Of a stretch of DNA of 64,000 nucleotides, positions 9,720 to 19,625 are shown in pieces. Numbering within the stretch: position 1 is the first letter of the stretch; each line of letters opens with the position of its first letter. Source of the DNA: Candidatus Undinarchaeales archaeon (lineage in GTDB: Archaea > SpSt-1190 > JASMDC01); assembly GCA_030753015.1 (NCBI GenBank), contig JASMDC010000007.1:1-64000 (forward strand). The letters are read 5' to 3'. The notes beneath the pieces are model-generated. The model searched no databases. It was not told the origin of the DNA and saw nothing but the letters and a program-made list of their open reading frames with translations. The translations under genes were made by a program, and so were the position numbers.

Positions 9720-10964
9720 TCAGGGCCAGACGCCCCGTCGCATCTGTGCCTCGACCAGTCGGCCGACACTAAGGACATAGGCCGCGGTCCGCAGGTCCAG
9801 GTCACGCTCTCTCGCGATGGCGTTGACGTCGTCGTAGGCCTGGAGCATGAGGTCACGGAGCCGTACAGCGATCTCGTGCTCGCTCCAGAAGAAGGACGAT
9901 GTGTCCTGGACCCACTCGAAGTAGGAGGCGGTCACCCCGCCCGCGCTGACAAGGATGTCCGGGAGTACAATGATCCCCCGCTCGTGGAGGGCGCTCGCTG
10001 CCTTGGACGTGACGGATGCGTTGGCCGCTTCCACGATGATGCGGGCATTGACCTTAGCCTGGTTCTTGCTGGTGACCGTCAGTTCGCGTGCTGCTGAGAC
10101 GAGCACATCGATGTCCATGGCAAGGATGTCGTCGTCCGTGACGGGCTCCGCTCCCGGGAATCCCTTCACGGTACCCTTCTCCTCCACCCACTCCCGGAGA
10201 GCGTGGATGTCGAGGCCGGAAGGATCGTGGATCCCGCCGTGGCGGTCCGAGGCGGCCAGGACCTTGCACCCCTTGCGCGCCAGATGGTGGGCAGCGAAGC
10301 TCCCGACGTTACCGAACCCGATACAAGTGACCGTGGATCCCTGGAGAGGGATGTTCGCGTCCTCGAGCGCCCGCCGGGTGATGAACATGACGCCGCGACC
10401 CGTGGCATCCTTCCGCCCCCTGGTGCCGCCGACCTCCACGGGCTTGCCGGTGACGACGCCCGTGATGGTGTGACCATGCATGGTGCTGAATGTGTCCATG
10501 ATCCAGCTCATGAACTGGGCATCCGTACCTCGGTCGGGTGCGGGGATGTCCTTCTTGGGCCCGATGAATGGGAGCAGCATATATGTGTAGCGTCGGGCAA
10601 CCCGCTCCAGCTCACCCCTGGAGAGCTTATCCGGATCGCACGAGATAGCGCCATGGGACCCGCCCCATGGGATGTCCATCGTCGCGCACTTCAGGCTCAT
10701 GATGGCCGCAATAGCTTTGAGCATGTCCGGCTTGACATCGGGATCCAGCCTGATACCGCCCTTGAAAGGGCCACGGGCGTTATGGTGCTGGACGCGGTAG
10801 CCCGTGAACACCTCGATGGAGCCGTTATCCCGAACAAGGGGCACGGCCACCCTGATCTCGGCGCGGGGATGCGCGAGCCGGGCGACGTGGTCAATGGGGA
10901 GCCCGATGATCTTGGCGGCCCGCTTAATGTCCTTAACGACCTCTTTGAAATAGTCATGACCCAT
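9720..10964 (-). CDS. gdhA: Glu/Leu/Phe/Val dehydrogenase homolog, catalytic Lys replaced by His
   Basis: GYRVQHHNARGPFKGGIR, PAPD, VTGKP, GFGNVG, SYFEWVQ; GGSH in place of GGxK. Confidence 0.88.
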   Translation of the reverse strand: MGHDYFKEVVKDIKRAAKIIGLPIDHVARLAHPRAEIRVAVPLVRDNGSIEVFTGYRVQHHNARGPFKGGIRLDPDVKPDMLKAIAAIMSLKCATMDIPWGGSHGAISCDPDKLSRGELERVARRYTYMLLPFIGPKKDIPAPDRGTDAQFMSWIMDTFSTMHGHTITGVVTGKPVEVGGTRGRKDATGRGVMFITRRALEDANIPLQGSTVTCIGFGNVGSFAAHHLARKGCKVLAASDRHGGIHDPSGLDIHALREWVEEKGTVKGFPGAEPVTDDDILAMDIDVLVSAARELTVTSKNQAKVNARIIVEAANASVTSKAASALHERGIIVLPDILVSAGGVTASYFEWVQDTSSFFWSEHEIAVRLRDLMLQAYDDVNAIARERDLDLRTAAYVLSVGRLVEAQMRRGVWP

Positions 10965-11051
10965 GGGCGATTCCTGGCGGCCGAGCGATCTATCATTTAA
11001 ATATATCACGGGGGAGGTGCTTGCCCGCCGAGAGCGGAAGGTGATGAGCCA

Positions 11052-12305
11052 ATGGATATCATGCGCCAGCGCGTTGTCGAGCGGTTCCTCGCGTACGTGC
11101 GGGTGGACACGACCTCGGACGAGGGTTCCCGACATCGCCCCTCCTCCCCCGGACAGATGGCGCTGGCCCTGCACCTCATGGACGAGCTGCGGGACCTGGG
11201 GCTCGTCGACATCTCCCGCGACCACCGGGGGCGGGTGTTCGCTTCGCTGCCGTCCAACCTCCCGGAGGGACGAACGGCGCCGGTCATCGGACTGATCACC
11301 CACATGGACACCTCTCCCGAGGTCTCGGGCAAGCACGTCACCCCCCTCGTCCACCACTACACTGGAGGCGATATCCAGCTCCCTGCCGGAGGGACCATCT
11401 CTGTCGCGGACACCCCGCGCCTTGCCGAGTTCGAGGGCGACGACATAATCACCAGCGACGGCAGCACCCTTCTGGGCGCCGACGACAAGGCGGGTATCGC
11501 AGAAGTGCTCACAGCCATAGAGCATCTCGTCCACCACCCGGACATCCCCCGCGGCACCGTCCGCGTGGCCTTCACGACCGACGAGGAGATCGGTGAGGGT
11601 ACCGATGGTTTCGATGTGGAGGGCTTTGGTGCCGACCTCGCCTACACCGTTGACGGCGGACCGCTCGGACAGCTCGAGCTGGAGACCTTCAATGCGGCCG
11701 AGGCGACGTTCACCATCACGGGCTTCAACCTCCACCCGGGCTACGCCAAGGGGAGGATGAAGAACGCACTCCTCATAGCTGCCGAGCTCATCGCCTTGTT
11801 CCCTCCCGGGGAGCGTCCATCGACGACCGAGGGGCGAGATGGCTTTTTCCACATCACCCGGGTCGAGGGGAAGGTAGAGGAGGCCAGGGTGAAGCTCATC
11901 GTCCGTGACTTCGACGTCGAACGATTCGAGGAGCGGAAGTGGCAGCTGGCCGTGTACGCCGACCAGCTGAACCAGCTCCACGGAGAGGGCACAGTGGCCC
12001 TGACGGTAGCGGACTCCTACCGGAACATGCGCGAGGTGCTCGACGAGCATCCGCAGGCGACTTCGCTCGCCGAACGTGCCATGCGCGAGGCGGACGTGGA
12101 ACCGAACTTGGTCCCCGTGCGCGGCGGGACCGACGGCGCGCGCCTCTCCTTTATGGGGCCTCCGACACCGAACCTCTTCGACGGTGGCCACAACTTCCAT
12201 TCACGTATGGAGTTCGTCCCTGTGAAGAGCATGGTCAAAGCCTGCGAAGTGCTGGTGAACATCGTCCGGCTGGCGATCGACGTCCAAACCGAAACCCTTA
12301 AATAG
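11052..12305 (+). CDS. pepT: Peptidase T (M20B tripeptidase)
   Basis: HMDTSP, LGADDKAG, DEEIG, FNAA, RGGTDG, HNFH. Confidence 0.93.
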   Translation: MDIMRQRVVERFLAYVRVDTTSDEGSRHRPSSPGQMALALHLMDELRDLGLVDISRDHRGRVFASLPSNLPEGRTAPVIGLITHMDTSPEVSGKHVTPLVHHYTGGDIQLPAGGTISVADTPRLAEFEGDDIITSDGSTLLGADDKAGIAEVLTAIEHLVHHPDIPRGTVRVAFTTDEEIGEGTDGFDVEGFGADLAYTVDGGPLGQLELETFNAAEATFTITGFNLHPGYAKGRMKNALLIAAELIALFPPGERPSTTEGRDGFFHITRVEGKVEEARVKLIVRDFDVERFEERKWQLAVYADQLNQLHGEGTVALTVADSYRNMREVLDEHPQATSLAERAMREADVEPNLVPVRGGTDGARLSFMGPPTPNLFDGGHNFHSRMEFVPVKSMVKACEVLVNIVRLAIDVQTETLK

Positions 12306-12330
12306 AATTAACTACTTATTAGTGGTGACA

Positions 12331-13317
12331 ATGTATTCGACCGAGGTCGGTCCGGATGAGAACATAGTCTGCAAGTTGGATCTATATCGCGGACGGGAAC
12401 CGTACCTCCAGTTTGAGACGGACATCATGGACCGGATCGGCATCGACGCAGAGATCAACACCCATACCTACGAAGCGCTCGACACCCAGCTGCGCGCGAC
12501 CAAGGACATGCCACTGCGCACGGTCCACCTTCGTGCCGATCCGGGCGAGCCGTTCAACTACAACTTCAACACCCCGGACCAGCAGGTAGCTAGGGACAGT
12601 GCCTACCGCCTCTCGGAGCTCTTGGACACCTACGGGGACAAGGCCCGTGGCTTCATCCTCCATGAGGAGCGAGGTGGAGAAGGGCGCATGACCGAGGCCG
12701 AGAAGGATAACTATGCCGCAGCCCTCAGCAGGATCGACGGTAAGGGCACCCTCTTCCTTGAATACTGTTCCAGCGATCCGGACGACTGGGTGGACGTGAT
12801 CTCGCGGGTGACATCGGACAGCGTGTCCGCGTGCGTCGACATAGGCCACCTTTACCAGCACTTCAGGGCCCAGAAAGGCCTCGACCGCGACGGAGCGGTG
12901 GAGCGGACCCGGGACGTGGTGGACCGCGTATCCAAGATCGGCAAGCCCGTACACTTCCACGTCCACGACTGCGACATGACCCAAGGCCATCCCTGGTACG
13001 GGATCCCGGACCATCTCCCCCTGGGGGACGGAGAGCTAGGGCTCGAGGGAATCAAGGACGTAATCGAGCCGGCCTACCGGAACCTTGGTACCGATAAGGT
13101 CACCTACAACATCGAGATCCTTCTCAGACCGGAGTACTCACAGGCGCTCTCGAAGGAAGAGGCCGACGACATGGAGCGTTACGCCGTCGAGAGCGGGAAG
13201 GACCGGAAGGAGATAATAAATGACGCCGAGATGATCAAGGGCACCTACGAGTCCATCGCAACTGAGGTCGGCGAGTTCCGCGAGATCCTTGACGAGCTCT
13301 CGGGCAAGGGCGCCTAG
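12331..13317 (+). CDS. Xylose isomerase-like TIM barrel (AP endonuclease 2 family)
   Basis: LFLE, CVDIGH, HFHVHD, DHLPLGDG, NIE metal motifs. Confidence 0.75.
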   Translation: MYSTEVGPDENIVCKLDLYRGREPYLQFETDIMDRIGIDAEINTHTYEALDTQLRATKDMPLRTVHLRADPGEPFNYNFNTPDQQVARDSAYRLSELLDTYGDKARGFILHEERGGEGRMTEAEKDNYAAALSRIDGKGTLFLEYCSSDPDDWVDVISRVTSDSVSACVDIGHLYQHFRAQKGLDRDGAVERTRDVVDRVSKIGKPVHFHVHDCDMTQGHPWYGIPDHLPLGDGELGLEGIKDVIEPAYRNLGTDKVTYNIEILLRPEYSQALSKEEADDMERYAVESGKDRKEIINDAEMIKGTYESIATEVGEFREILDELSGKGA

Positions 13318-13416
13318 ATCCATTCTCCGCTGTTCCTGACCCGGAGTCCCATACCTACGCCCAAACACAAGCTATATAAGGGCCTTGAGGTAGCCGGTGG
13401 CCTCAGGTGTTTGCTC

Positions 13417-13935
13417 ATGGAAGAACTCGTCCGAGCTGAACTGAACTATGCAATCGACAGGGACATCAGGACCTACTCATGCATCGACTTCCCAACCCAC
13501 GTGGTCACCGCCTATCCGCAGAGGGCAGATGAGTTCGGATCGCCCCTCGTCGACGTCGTGGAGGCAATGGCTGCCGACGGGTACCAGATAGATGTGACCG
13601 TCGAGCCCTACGAGAAGAGCCTGAACAGCTACTCTCGCGCCCTCATGACCATGGGTGAGGAGTCCGGTACGGCCGTCACCTACGTAGGATCCAAGGAAGA
13701 CCTCGAGGAACTGGTGAGTCGTGTCGCCGAAGCTGACCTGGGCGTGCCAGAGACAATGTCGCCGTTGGCCGACTGGAAGCATCCCATCCAGAGCTTCAAG
13801 GGCTACCGCACAGCGCTGAAGAAGGCGCACGATGTGGAGGACAGTTTTCTCACCTCGACCGTCGAATCGACGTACACAGATGACTTCAACCGCGAGGCCA
13901 CCGCCGTCAAGGTGATGTTCGGCCACGAGGAGTAG
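13417..13935 (+). CDS. Acidic hypothetical protein
   Basis: Own TATA (TATATAA ~13373), coding-like codon bias. Confidence 0.7.
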   Translation: MEELVRAELNYAIDRDIRTYSCIDFPTHVVTAYPQRADEFGSPLVDVVEAMAADGYQIDVTVEPYEKSLNSYSRALMTMGEESGTAVTYVGSKEDLEELVSRVAEADLGVPETMSPLADWKHPIQSFKGYRTALKKAHDVEDSFLTSTVESTYTDDFNREATAVKVMFGHEE

Positions 13936-13961
13936 TCACTGACGCATCGCGGGGAGGGGCG

Positions 13962-16019
13962 CTACGTGCGCCCCTTCTTCCCTTTCTTCTTCCTCTGAGG
14001 GGAGTTGTCCTTGACCTCAACAGGGCCGGACACGTCCTTCGCGCTGGCGATATCCTCCGGAGCCTTCTTTTCCCCACTCTTGGAACCCCGTCTCATCTTC
14101 AACCGCACGATGGCCAGGACGACGAGCGCGATCCCCAGCGGGATCTCCCACCTGAAGCGGGGCTTGAACGGGGACACCTCAAGGGCAACCATGTCGGTCT
14201 GCTGGCGACGCGTGCGCTCACTGCCCTCCTGCCACGCGATGACCACTTCCAGCGGGTAGCTCTGGGGCGTCGCCTCCGCGTCCACGTCCACGTGGAACAC
14301 GACCTCCTCCCTCTCGCCGGGCGGGAGCCGCGGGATGTAGGCCGTGCGCCCCGCCGGGGTGATCGGGTAGGACGCCATGAGGGTGAGACTCACCTGCTCG
14401 GCGGTGGTTGTGCCTGTGTTCCGGACCACGAAGGTGACGGGCTGGCGTGTGTCGTCCCGCAGGAGCGGGCGGTTCCTTCCCCTGATGGCGAAGTCGGCGA
14501 CTTCCGCGATCGTGAGGGTGATTGTGCCCTCCACCGTGCCCGATCGGTGGACGAGCTTGACTGGTACGGTGTGGTCTCCCGCTGTGGCATTGTCATCCAC
14601 CTCGCCGGCGACGGTGGCGGTGGCCACTCCACCGGGTTGGAGTATACCAAGTCCCTGCTCCCGCCCGGCCGCGTGGAAGCTGAGCGCGTCCGTCGAGGCG
14701 ACGGAGGCCACCACGTCCAGGGCCCTGTGGTGAGGGGCGGCGCCGATGTTCACCACGCGTAGGGTGACCGTGAAGGGCTCGCCGGGACGCAGGGAGGGGG
14801 GCTGGGAGCCCACCGCGGACACGCTCAACGAAGGGGAGGGCGGCGCGACGCCGAGGAGCACCGTCGACGCCAGCTGCTGGGTACGCCCGTCCCGGGTCCA
14901 CGTGATAGTGAGCGGAAGGCTGTGCTCCCCCTGCTTGGCGTTGCGCAGGACCTCGCCGGTGAACGCGGCCGTGATCGCAGCATTGCCAGGCAAGGTTCCG
15001 AGCACCTGCTCGCGTCCAGAGGCGTCCACACGCACCTGATTGGTCGGACCGAGGGACAGGGTGATCCCCTCGGCAGCGTCCGCAGGATCGGTGGCCGAGT
15101 TCACTACCCTCACGGTCAGGGAGAAGGGGCCACCGGGGATGACCACAGCAGGCAGGGATGACACTCCGGAGACTGCTATAACGGGCTGAGCGGGACGGAC
15201 GTCGACAACGACCTCCATGGTACTTGAATAAGTGTCGGCGTCACCGGCCCACGAGAGGGTGAGCGGGAGAGCATGCTCTCCGGTCCCGGCACCCTCGTCG
15301 ATGGTACCGACAAGGGTGATGGCAGCAGCTGCTCCCGGCGGCAGGTCGCCCACGAACTGGTCGGCGAACCCCCATTCGGCGCTGAGCTTGTCCGTGTTCT
15401 GGGCCGTGATCCGTAGGTCCTCGGCGATGTCGGTCCCGTTGTTCACCAGGCGCAGGGATGCTGTGAACCGGTCGCCTGGGTGGATGTCACGGAGGTCACC
15501 GGCGGCCACAGCACCCACGACCTCGGGCTCGCCATGGACACGGACGTTGATGAGCTTGGTGAAGGAGTAGCCTGTGGTCTTCATCTCCAGGAACCGCGTG
15601 CCCTGGACCGCCTGGGCGGTGGCCTCCATGGAGACGATGACCGTGAGCGGGTACACACCGGCCGGTGTATCCTCGTCCACCTGGAGGCGGAACGAGGCGG
15701 GTGCGGTGGCGTTGGGCCTCATATCACCTATGTATACATAGCTGGCGCCCAGGTCATCGAACGGCCCGGTCACCGAGAGCTCCAGGTGCATGTCCTCCAT
15801 CTCCACGTCGAGGATGTTGCGCACATCGAAGGAGAGGGTGAAGGGCTGGCCCGGGCGGACCTGTGCGGGAGAGAACCGCAGGTCGTCGAACTGCGCCCAC
15901 ACCGTCTGGGTTCCCTGGGTCTGGCCGCAGGCAAGGGACACCACCAGCAGGGCGGCAAGGATGAGGGCTTGTGCCCCCCGTCGTCCATCATGTCCGTGTG
16001 TATGGCTCTCGTACATCAT
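13962..16019 (-). CDS. COG1361/CARDB S-layer-domain protein
   Basis: Signal peptide, repeated Ig-like PG..F......N.G units, C-terminal TM and basic tail. Confidence 0.8.
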   Translation of the reverse strand: MMYESHTHGHDGRRGAQALILAALLVVSLACGQTQGTQTVWAQFDDLRFSPAQVRPGQPFTLSFDVRNILDVEMEDMHLELSVTGPFDDLGASYVYIGDMRPNATAPASFRLQVDEDTPAGVYPLTVIVSMEATAQAVQGTRFLEMKTTGYSFTKLINVRVHGEPEVVGAVAAGDLRDIHPGDRFTASLRLVNNGTDIAEDLRITAQNTDKLSAEWGFADQFVGDLPPGAAAAITLVGTIDEGAGTGEHALPLTLSWAGDADTYSSTMEVVVDVRPAQPVIAVSGVSSLPAVVIPGGPFSLTVRVVNSATDPADAAEGITLSLGPTNQVRVDASGREQVLGTLPGNAAITAAFTGEVLRNAKQGEHSLPLTITWTRDGRTQQLASTVLLGVAPPSPSLSVSAVGSQPPSLRPGEPFTVTLRVVNIGAAPHHRALDVVASVASTDALSFHAAGREQGLGILQPGGVATATVAGEVDDNATAGDHTVPVKLVHRSGTVEGTITLTIAEVADFAIRGRNRPLLRDDTRQPVTFVVRNTGTTTAEQVSLTLMASYPITPAGRTAYIPRLPPGEREEVVFHVDVDAEATPQSYPLEVVIAWQEGSERTRRQQTDMVALEVSPFKPRFRWEIPLGIALVVLAIVRLKMRRGSKSGEKKAPEDIASAKDVSGPVEVKDNSPQRKKKGKKGRT

Positions 16020-16026
16020 GCTCACC

Positions 16027-17094
16027 TCATACCTGTCGTTTGAACCTACGTGTGGCGAAGGCCACCATGAGCGAGGAGAAGAACGCGAGATAGGCGATGT
16101 CCACCGCGATGGACTCGAGGATGACGCCACGGGCCATCACGGCGCGCATGGCATCGATGGCGTAATGGAGGGGATTGAACGGCACCAGCCATCTCAGATA
16201 GGCGGGCTGGGACTCCACCGGGTATATGCCCCCGGAAAGGATCCACAGCGGCATGAGGAAGAGTTGGAACACCAGCAGGAACACCTGCAGCTCCGACACG
16301 GAGGAAGCAATGGCGATGGAGGCACCGATGATGGCGAACCCGAGCAGGGTCATAACGAGGATGAGCATGAGGATCTCGGCAAGGCCCGTTCTGAGCCCGG
16401 TCCCGATGAAGATGGCGACCAGGAGCGCGATGGTCCCCCCGGTGACCGCCTGTGTGACGCCCGACAGGAGCTTGCCCACGAGGATGGACTCCATCCGCAC
16501 GGGGGCGAGCAGGGTGGCGGCAAGGCTTCCCTTCTCCCTGTCCTGCAGCAGACCGATGCCCCCGGCGAAGATGCCCGTGAACGCCACGACCATCATGATG
16601 GCGGTGGGGACGAGGAAATCCACGTAGTCGAGCCCGTACCCGTAGAGCACCTCCTCCTGCAGCGCAGCGTCGTTGCGGGCGAGAAGGGCCTGCTTGACGC
16701 GGCCGGCGATGGCGCTGCGCACCGTAGGCGAGGTCCCGTCCACCAGCAGTCGCACCCCACGGGGGAAGTCCGCGGTGACGACCACGACGGCCTTGACCTT
16801 CTGGGCCCGGAAGAGTGACAGCGCCTCGTTGTAGGACGTGTCCGTGGCCATCTGGAGCGTTGGTCCCTCGAAGACGTCGGCGATGAACGCGTCGCCGGCA
16901 GCGCTCGCCCCCAAACGCACAACGGCAACGGGCAGGTTGGACACATCGCCGCCGATGGCCCGGGCGAACACTAGAAGGAAGATAATCCCAAAGATGGCCG
17001 AGCGGGCTATGCCGATGATAGGATTGCGGAGCCACACCACCATCTCTTTGTGCCAGATGGTGTACACGTCCCCGAGGTCGTCGGCGATGCTCAT
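16027..17094 (-). CDS. ABC-2 type exporter permease
   Basis: DREKG.L...L.AP, LSGGIYP, NPLHYAIDAMR. Confidence 0.9.
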   Translation of the reverse strand: MSIADDLGDVYTIWHKEMVVWLRNPIIGIARSAIFGIIFLLVFARAIGGDVSNLPVAVVRLGASAAGDAFIADVFEGPTLQMATDTSYNEALSLFRAQKVKAVVVVTADFPRGVRLLVDGTSPTVRSAIAGRVKQALLARNDAALQEEVLYGYGLDYVDFLVPTAIMMVVAFTGIFAGGIGLLQDREKGSLAATLLAPVRMESILVGKLLSGVTQAVTGGTIALLVAIFIGTGLRTGLAEILMLILVMTLLGFAIIGASIAIASSVSELQVFLLVFQLFLMPLWILSGGIYPVESQPAYLRWLVPFNPLHYAIDAMRAVMARGVILESIAVDIAYLAFFSSLMVAFATRRFKRQV

Positions 17095-18026
17095 TCTCGC
17101 ATAGACCTCCCTGTGAAGTGGATGAACACGTCCTCGAGCGTTGGTTCATGGAGGGCGATCGAACGGATGTGAACCTTACCGGCACATGCTGCCATGAGGT
17201 CGGGGATGCGCTCCTCGCCCCGGTCGGTGTGCAGCCGCAGCCGCCCCTCGTGGGAACGCGCGGTCATCCCGAGCTCCTTGGCGATGGCCGCAAAGCGGTC
17301 ATCCTCTTCGTTGTCTAGAGAGATGTCGATGATGTCGCCCTCACCGATCATGTCCTTGAGCTCGGCGGGCGTACCTTCGGCGATGATGCGGCCGTGGTCG
17401 ATTATGGCCAGCCGGTCGCACAGGGCGTCGGCCTCTTCCATGTAGTGGGTGGTCAGAAAGATGGTGAGCCCCTGGTCCTTGTTGAGGTGGCGGATGTACC
17501 GCCAGATGGCCTGCTTGGTCTGCGGGTCCAGGCCCGTTGTGGGCTCGTCCATGAAGATGAGGCCGGGCCTGTGGAGGAACGAGCGGGCGATCTCGAGCCG
17601 GCGCTTCATCCCGCCGGAGAGGTTCTTGACCAGCTCGTCTGCTTTATTTGTCAGTCCGACGACATTGAGCACCTCGCACACGGCGTCCGGGATATCGGCA
17701 GGGCCCATGTGGTTGAGCCGGCCGTAGTACTCTAGGTTCTCGCGGGTTGTGAGCTCGGGCTCCAGGGAGTTGGTCTGCATTATGACGCCGATGGAGGCGC
17801 GGATCCTGTCAGGGTCCTTCGCCACGTCCCACCCGGCCACGGATCCCGAGCCCGCGGTGATGGGGAGCATGGTGATGAGCATGTTTATCGTTGTCGACTT
17901 GCCCGCACCGTTGGGGCCCAGGAACCCGAACACCTCGCCCTTCTTCACCGTGATCGAGACGTCGTTGACGGCGACCAGGTCACCGAACTCCTTGCGGAGC
18001 CCCTTGGTCTCGATCATGGCGTCCAT
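17091..18026 (-). CDS. ABC exporter ATP-binding protein (DrrA-like)
   Basis: GPNGAGKST, LSGGMKRR, DEPTTGLD, TTHY. Confidence 0.93.
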   Translation of the reverse strand: MDAMIETKGLRKEFGDLVAVNDVSITVKKGEVFGFLGPNGAGKSTTINMLITMLPITAGSGSVAGWDVAKDPDRIRASIGVIMQTNSLEPELTTRENLEYYGRLNHMGPADIPDAVCEVLNVVGLTNKADELVKNLSGGMKRRLEIARSFLHRPGLIFMDEPTTGLDPQTKQAIWRYIRHLNKDQGLTIFLTTHYMEEADALCDRLAIIDHGRIIAEGTPAELKDMIGEGDIIDISLDNEEDDRFAAIAKELGMTARSHEGRLRLHTDRGEERIPDLMAACAGKVHIRSIALHEPTLEDVFIHFTGRSMRE

Positions 18027-18030
18027 GGAC

Positions 18031-18840
18031 TCACAGTCCCCAGATCTTTGCGAAGGGCAGCTTGTGGAGGTTGGCATGGATCCGGCGGATGATGCGGTTG
18101 ATGGTGGACAGGTGCTGGTAGTGGACTGAAAAGACATCGGTGAGGCGCTCCTCATCGAAATCGCCGGCCACGATGCATGCGTCGGTCTCGTCGACGACCA
18201 GGAGCTTGACGGGCGGGGACATGGGGAAGGCCGCGGGGAGGGCGAGCACACGTACTCCGGGGATATCTTTGGCCAGCTCCCGGGCGTCGTCGACGGATAC
18301 CTGCTCATCGTAGATGGTGTTGTGGACGAAGTACGCGTGGAGGGTCACACCCCGGGCAGCTGCCTTGCGCAGAGCGTCGAAGATGATCGTGGCCTCTGTC
18401 CTTGAGCACCAGCCGATGAGGGTGATCGCATCCTCCTTCGCCTGGGCCATGACCTCGGCGTACTTGCCCGCACATGGCATGAGGTCGCGATTGATCCACA
18501 CCTGCGTGCGCTTGGCCGCCGGGGCGGAATAGAGCTGCTCGAGCTCCTCGCACACCGACTCACGCGCTTCCTCGAGCCGACCCTTAAGCCCCTCGACCAG
18601 CGCGGCGAGAGCGGTCCGGGGTCCCTTTGCCCGGTATCGCTGGGGCCGCACGGGGAACGACTCCACGAGCCCCTGAGCGACGAGCGCGTCCAGCAGGGCG
18701 TACACCGCCGGTCGGGCGATACCCGCATCCTTGGCCACCTCCGATGCGGTTGCCTCGCCGCTCGCAAGGAGGGCGAGGTATAGATCGGCCTCGTTGCGGG
18801 AGAGGCCAAGGTCCGTGAGTCGTTCGGCAAGGTCGACCAT
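18031..18840 (-). CDS. TrmB-family transcriptional regulator
   Basis: LGLSRNEADLYLALL...ASEVAK..GIARPAVY..L..L...GLV wHTH plus PLD-like C domain. Confidence 0.85.
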   Translation of the reverse strand: MVDLAERLTDLGLSRNEADLYLALLASGEATASEVAKDAGIARPAVYALLDALVAQGLVESFPVRPQRYRAKGPRTALAALVEGLKGRLEEARESVCEELEQLYSAPAAKRTQVWINRDLMPCAGKYAEVMAQAKEDAITLIGWCSRTEATIIFDALRKAAARGVTLHAYFVHNTIYDEQVSVDDARELAKDIPGVRVLALPAAFPMSPPVKLLVVDETDACIVAGDFDEERLTDVFSVHYQHLSTINRIIRRIHANLHKLPFAKIWGL

Positions 18841-18853
18841 GAGGAGCACCACT

Positions 18854-18922
18854 TGTTGTAAAATAACTAACAACATTAGCCCCCGCAGCTATTTATACTT
18901 TGTTGTAACGGACGTAACAACA
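18854..18922. promoter_or_regulatory. Two palindromic operators flanking the TATA box of the trmB-ABC operon
   Basis: TGTTGTAA-N6-TAACAACA at 18854-18875 and 18901-18922; minus-strand TATAAAT between them. Confidence 0.7.
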
Positions 18923-18934
18923 AAAATAACAAAG

Positions 18935-18953
18935 AACTTTGAAACGCAAAGTT
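18935..18953. promoter_or_regulatory. Palindromic operator upstream of the membrane protein/wHTH operon
   Basis: AACTTTG-N5-CAAAGTT abutting TTAAAATA. Confidence 0.5.
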
Positions 18954-18982
18954 AAAATAGTAGGAGAGACTTAGAATAGACC

Positions 18983-19624
18983 ATGGGAGAGAGCGAGGCA
19001 AGCGAGATGGACCTGAAGGCGCTGGAGCAGAAGATCTATACGCGGTTCCACGATGACGGGCTTGCGGACATCCTGGTGGGAATGTGGTTCCTGGTGGCGG
19101 GAATGGGGATCGCCTATGATATATCGTTCCTCATTAGCATCACACCACCGTTGGCCGTTCCTGTCTGGGTTGTGGCCAGGAAGCTCATTACAATCCCAAG
19201 GATGGGGAATGTCAAATTCGGCATCGAGCGCCAGAAGAAGCTTGCGCGGGCAGAGTGGTTCTTACCCGTGATCGGTTTTGTCGCTCTCGTTTGCTTATCC
19301 GGGTTCTACTTCCGCGTTGCGGGTAATCCTGAGTACATTACCTGGCTGCGCGAGGATGTCCAGCTATCAGCGGTATCACCCTTGCTGGTAATAGTCGCTG
19401 GACTCATCGGCCTGATCGGTAGCCTGCTGGACCTGCCGCGCTTCTATAAGTATGCTGGCTTCATCGTGGCCTTCGTCGTTGTAGGTCATGTGTTGAGATT
19501 GACCGAACTGGTCTACATGTTCTCCTTGGGCGCGCTCATCGTGCTCAACGGTTCGAGGATGCTCAACAGGTTCATTGTGGATAATCCGCTCCCTGAAATG
19601 AACGGAACAGAGGAGGCGATCTGA
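18983..19624 (+). CDS. Multi-pass membrane protein
   Basis: ~6 TM helices; DDGLADI and KKxITIPRxG motifs shared with next gene. Confidence 0.8.
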   Translation: MGESEASEMDLKALEQKIYTRFHDDGLADILVGMWFLVAGMGIAYDISFLISITPPLAVPVWVVARKLITIPRMGNVKFGIERQKKLARAEWFLPVIGFVALVCLSGFYFRVAGNPEYITWLREDVQLSAVSPLLVIVAGLIGLIGSLLDLPRFYKYAGFIVAFVVVGHVLRLTELVYMFSLGALIVLNGSRMLNRFIVDNPLPEMNGTEEAI

Positions 19625-19625
19625 C

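Noticed and set aside
10965-12200. 826-aa ORF suggesting a large N-terminal fusion on GDH
   Set aside because: The extension is the antisense shadow of pepT; GDH homology starts at MGHDYF (10964) after its own TATA.
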